Positions 63,117-64,000 of a stretch of 64,000 bases of DNA are shown here, piece by piece. This DNA comes from a virus. How positions within the stretch are numbered: the first letter of the stretch is position 1; every line of letters begins with the position of its first letter. The notes under the pieces were generated by a model, which worked only from the letters and a program-made list of their open reading frames with translations, had not been told where the DNA came from and ran no database searches. The stretch covers positions 4,079 to 68,078 of the IMG/VR virus record IMGVR_UViG_3300032291_002856; one strand, written 5' to 3'. The position numbers and the translations under genes were made by a program.

Positions 63117-64000
63117 ATGGATAAACCACTTTCTAAAACAGTAGCAGGTTACACACCTAATCCGATATTTACGTACAATTTAAATACGGTTGGCTACTAC
63201 GATCCTTTGACTCGTCCTTTCGATAACAGCAAAAAATACAGCTATCACGAGATAGTCAAGTACTGCCGCTACTTTTACGAAAAAGACACAATTGCTAGAA
63301 CGGTAATTAACCGAATGGTTAATCTAGCGATTACACGGTTGAGAAACCAAAAAGAAGAAAAAGACGTTAACTCAGCTTTTTTTGATGCAATCGCTGAAAG
63401 AATTCAGCCGTTTTTAAAACACATGGCCACTGAGTACTTTGTTAATGGAATTGTGGTTCCTGCGTTTACATATAAAACTATTATGATGAATAAGTTAGAC
63501 CCTTCTCTAGGGCGTAAGCGTGTCGAGATTCCAGATCAGTTCTGGGTCCGAAATGCGGCTAACATACAGCTTCGTAAACGACCTACCAGCATGCAAAGAG
63601 CGGTTTATCTGGAACTTCCACAAGACGAGATAATGTTTATTATAAACAAGGGCAAAAGATCCGACGGCACTGACGACACCGCTGCATATAAGGAACTACT
63701 TAAGCAGTTTCCAGAATATGTTCGAGCAGTTCAAGAAGGTCAGCGAACTTTTCCTCTTGAGGATGCGAATCCAATCTACTGCGACATAACCTCGTATAAC
63801 GATTATCCCTTGCCTTACTTGCAAAACGCTTTGTCGGCCATGCAACATAAAGAATACTTGAAACTGATGGACAAGACAATTGTATCTCGCTCTATCGAGC
63901 TTCTTAGGCAGATTAAAGTAGGTAGCGACGAGTTTCCTGCTACTGATGATGACATTGCGGCTACTCAGCTGGCAATTGCAGAAGCAGCTGCTTCAGGTGA
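63117..64000 (+). CDS. portal protein (3' truncated by window edge)
   Basis: Open frame MDKPLSKTVAG...CRYFYEKDTIARTVINRMVNLAI...EYFVNG directly after TerL. It is absent from the ORF track because no stop falls within the window. Confidence 0.75.
   Translation, partial: MDKPLSKTVAGYTPNPIFTYNLNTVGYYDPLTRPFDNSKKYSYHEIVKYCRYFYEKDTIARTVINRMVNLAITRLRNQKEEKDVNSAFFDAIAERIQPFLKHMATEYFVNGIVVPAFTYKTIMMNKLDPSLGRKRVEIPDQFWVRNAANIQLRKRPTSMQRAVYLELPQDEIMFIINKGKRSDGTDDTAAYKELLKQFPEYVRAVQEGQRTFPLEDANPIYCDITSYNDYPLPYLQNALSAMQHKEYLKLMDKTIVSRSIELLRQIKVGSDEFPATDDDIAATQLAIAEAAASG

Noticed and set aside
1-64000. Stop-codon reassignment
   Set aside because: Genes are full length and tightly packed under the standard code, with TAA, TAG and TGA all used as stops. 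No suppressor tRNA is present.

Overview
This 64-kb window is part of a large, apparently lytic tailed dsDNA phage with siphovirus-type tail genes, using the standard genetic code. No integrase or CRISPR array is visible. Layout: (1) 1-3070, a + strand block of small early-type genes, including an ArdC-like protein and a Cys-rich Gp88-like protein, ending in a strong terminator. (2) 3130-3760, a non-coding convergence zone with four exact 18-bp repeats. (3) 3753-22012, - strand: glucosaminidase endolysin, C5 DNA methyltransferase with a nested alternative-frame gene, three tRNAs plus an anticodon-less tRNA-like RNA, glycosyltransferases, DUF1599/Nmad1, ThyX, phosphoesterase and a full replisome (PD-(D/E)xK nuclease, RecA, PolA, resolvase, DnaB, primase, SSB). 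(4) 22021-56782, - strand morphogenesis operon: tail fibre and tail tip genes, a 5350-aa tape-measure-like protein, duplicated tail tube genes, neck genes, major capsid and prohead protease/scaffold. (5) 57045-64000, + strand: MazG, class II ribonucleotide reductase, intein-containing terminase large subunit and a portal gene cut by the window end. The strongest candidates for something new are the giant tape measure protein carrying SLOG, ASCH and thermonuclease domains (a possible injected payload) and the CCA-ending tRNA-like RNA with no anticodon arm. Family assignments come from recognising motifs by eye, not from database searches. A Chloroflexota host is an inference from the endolysin.
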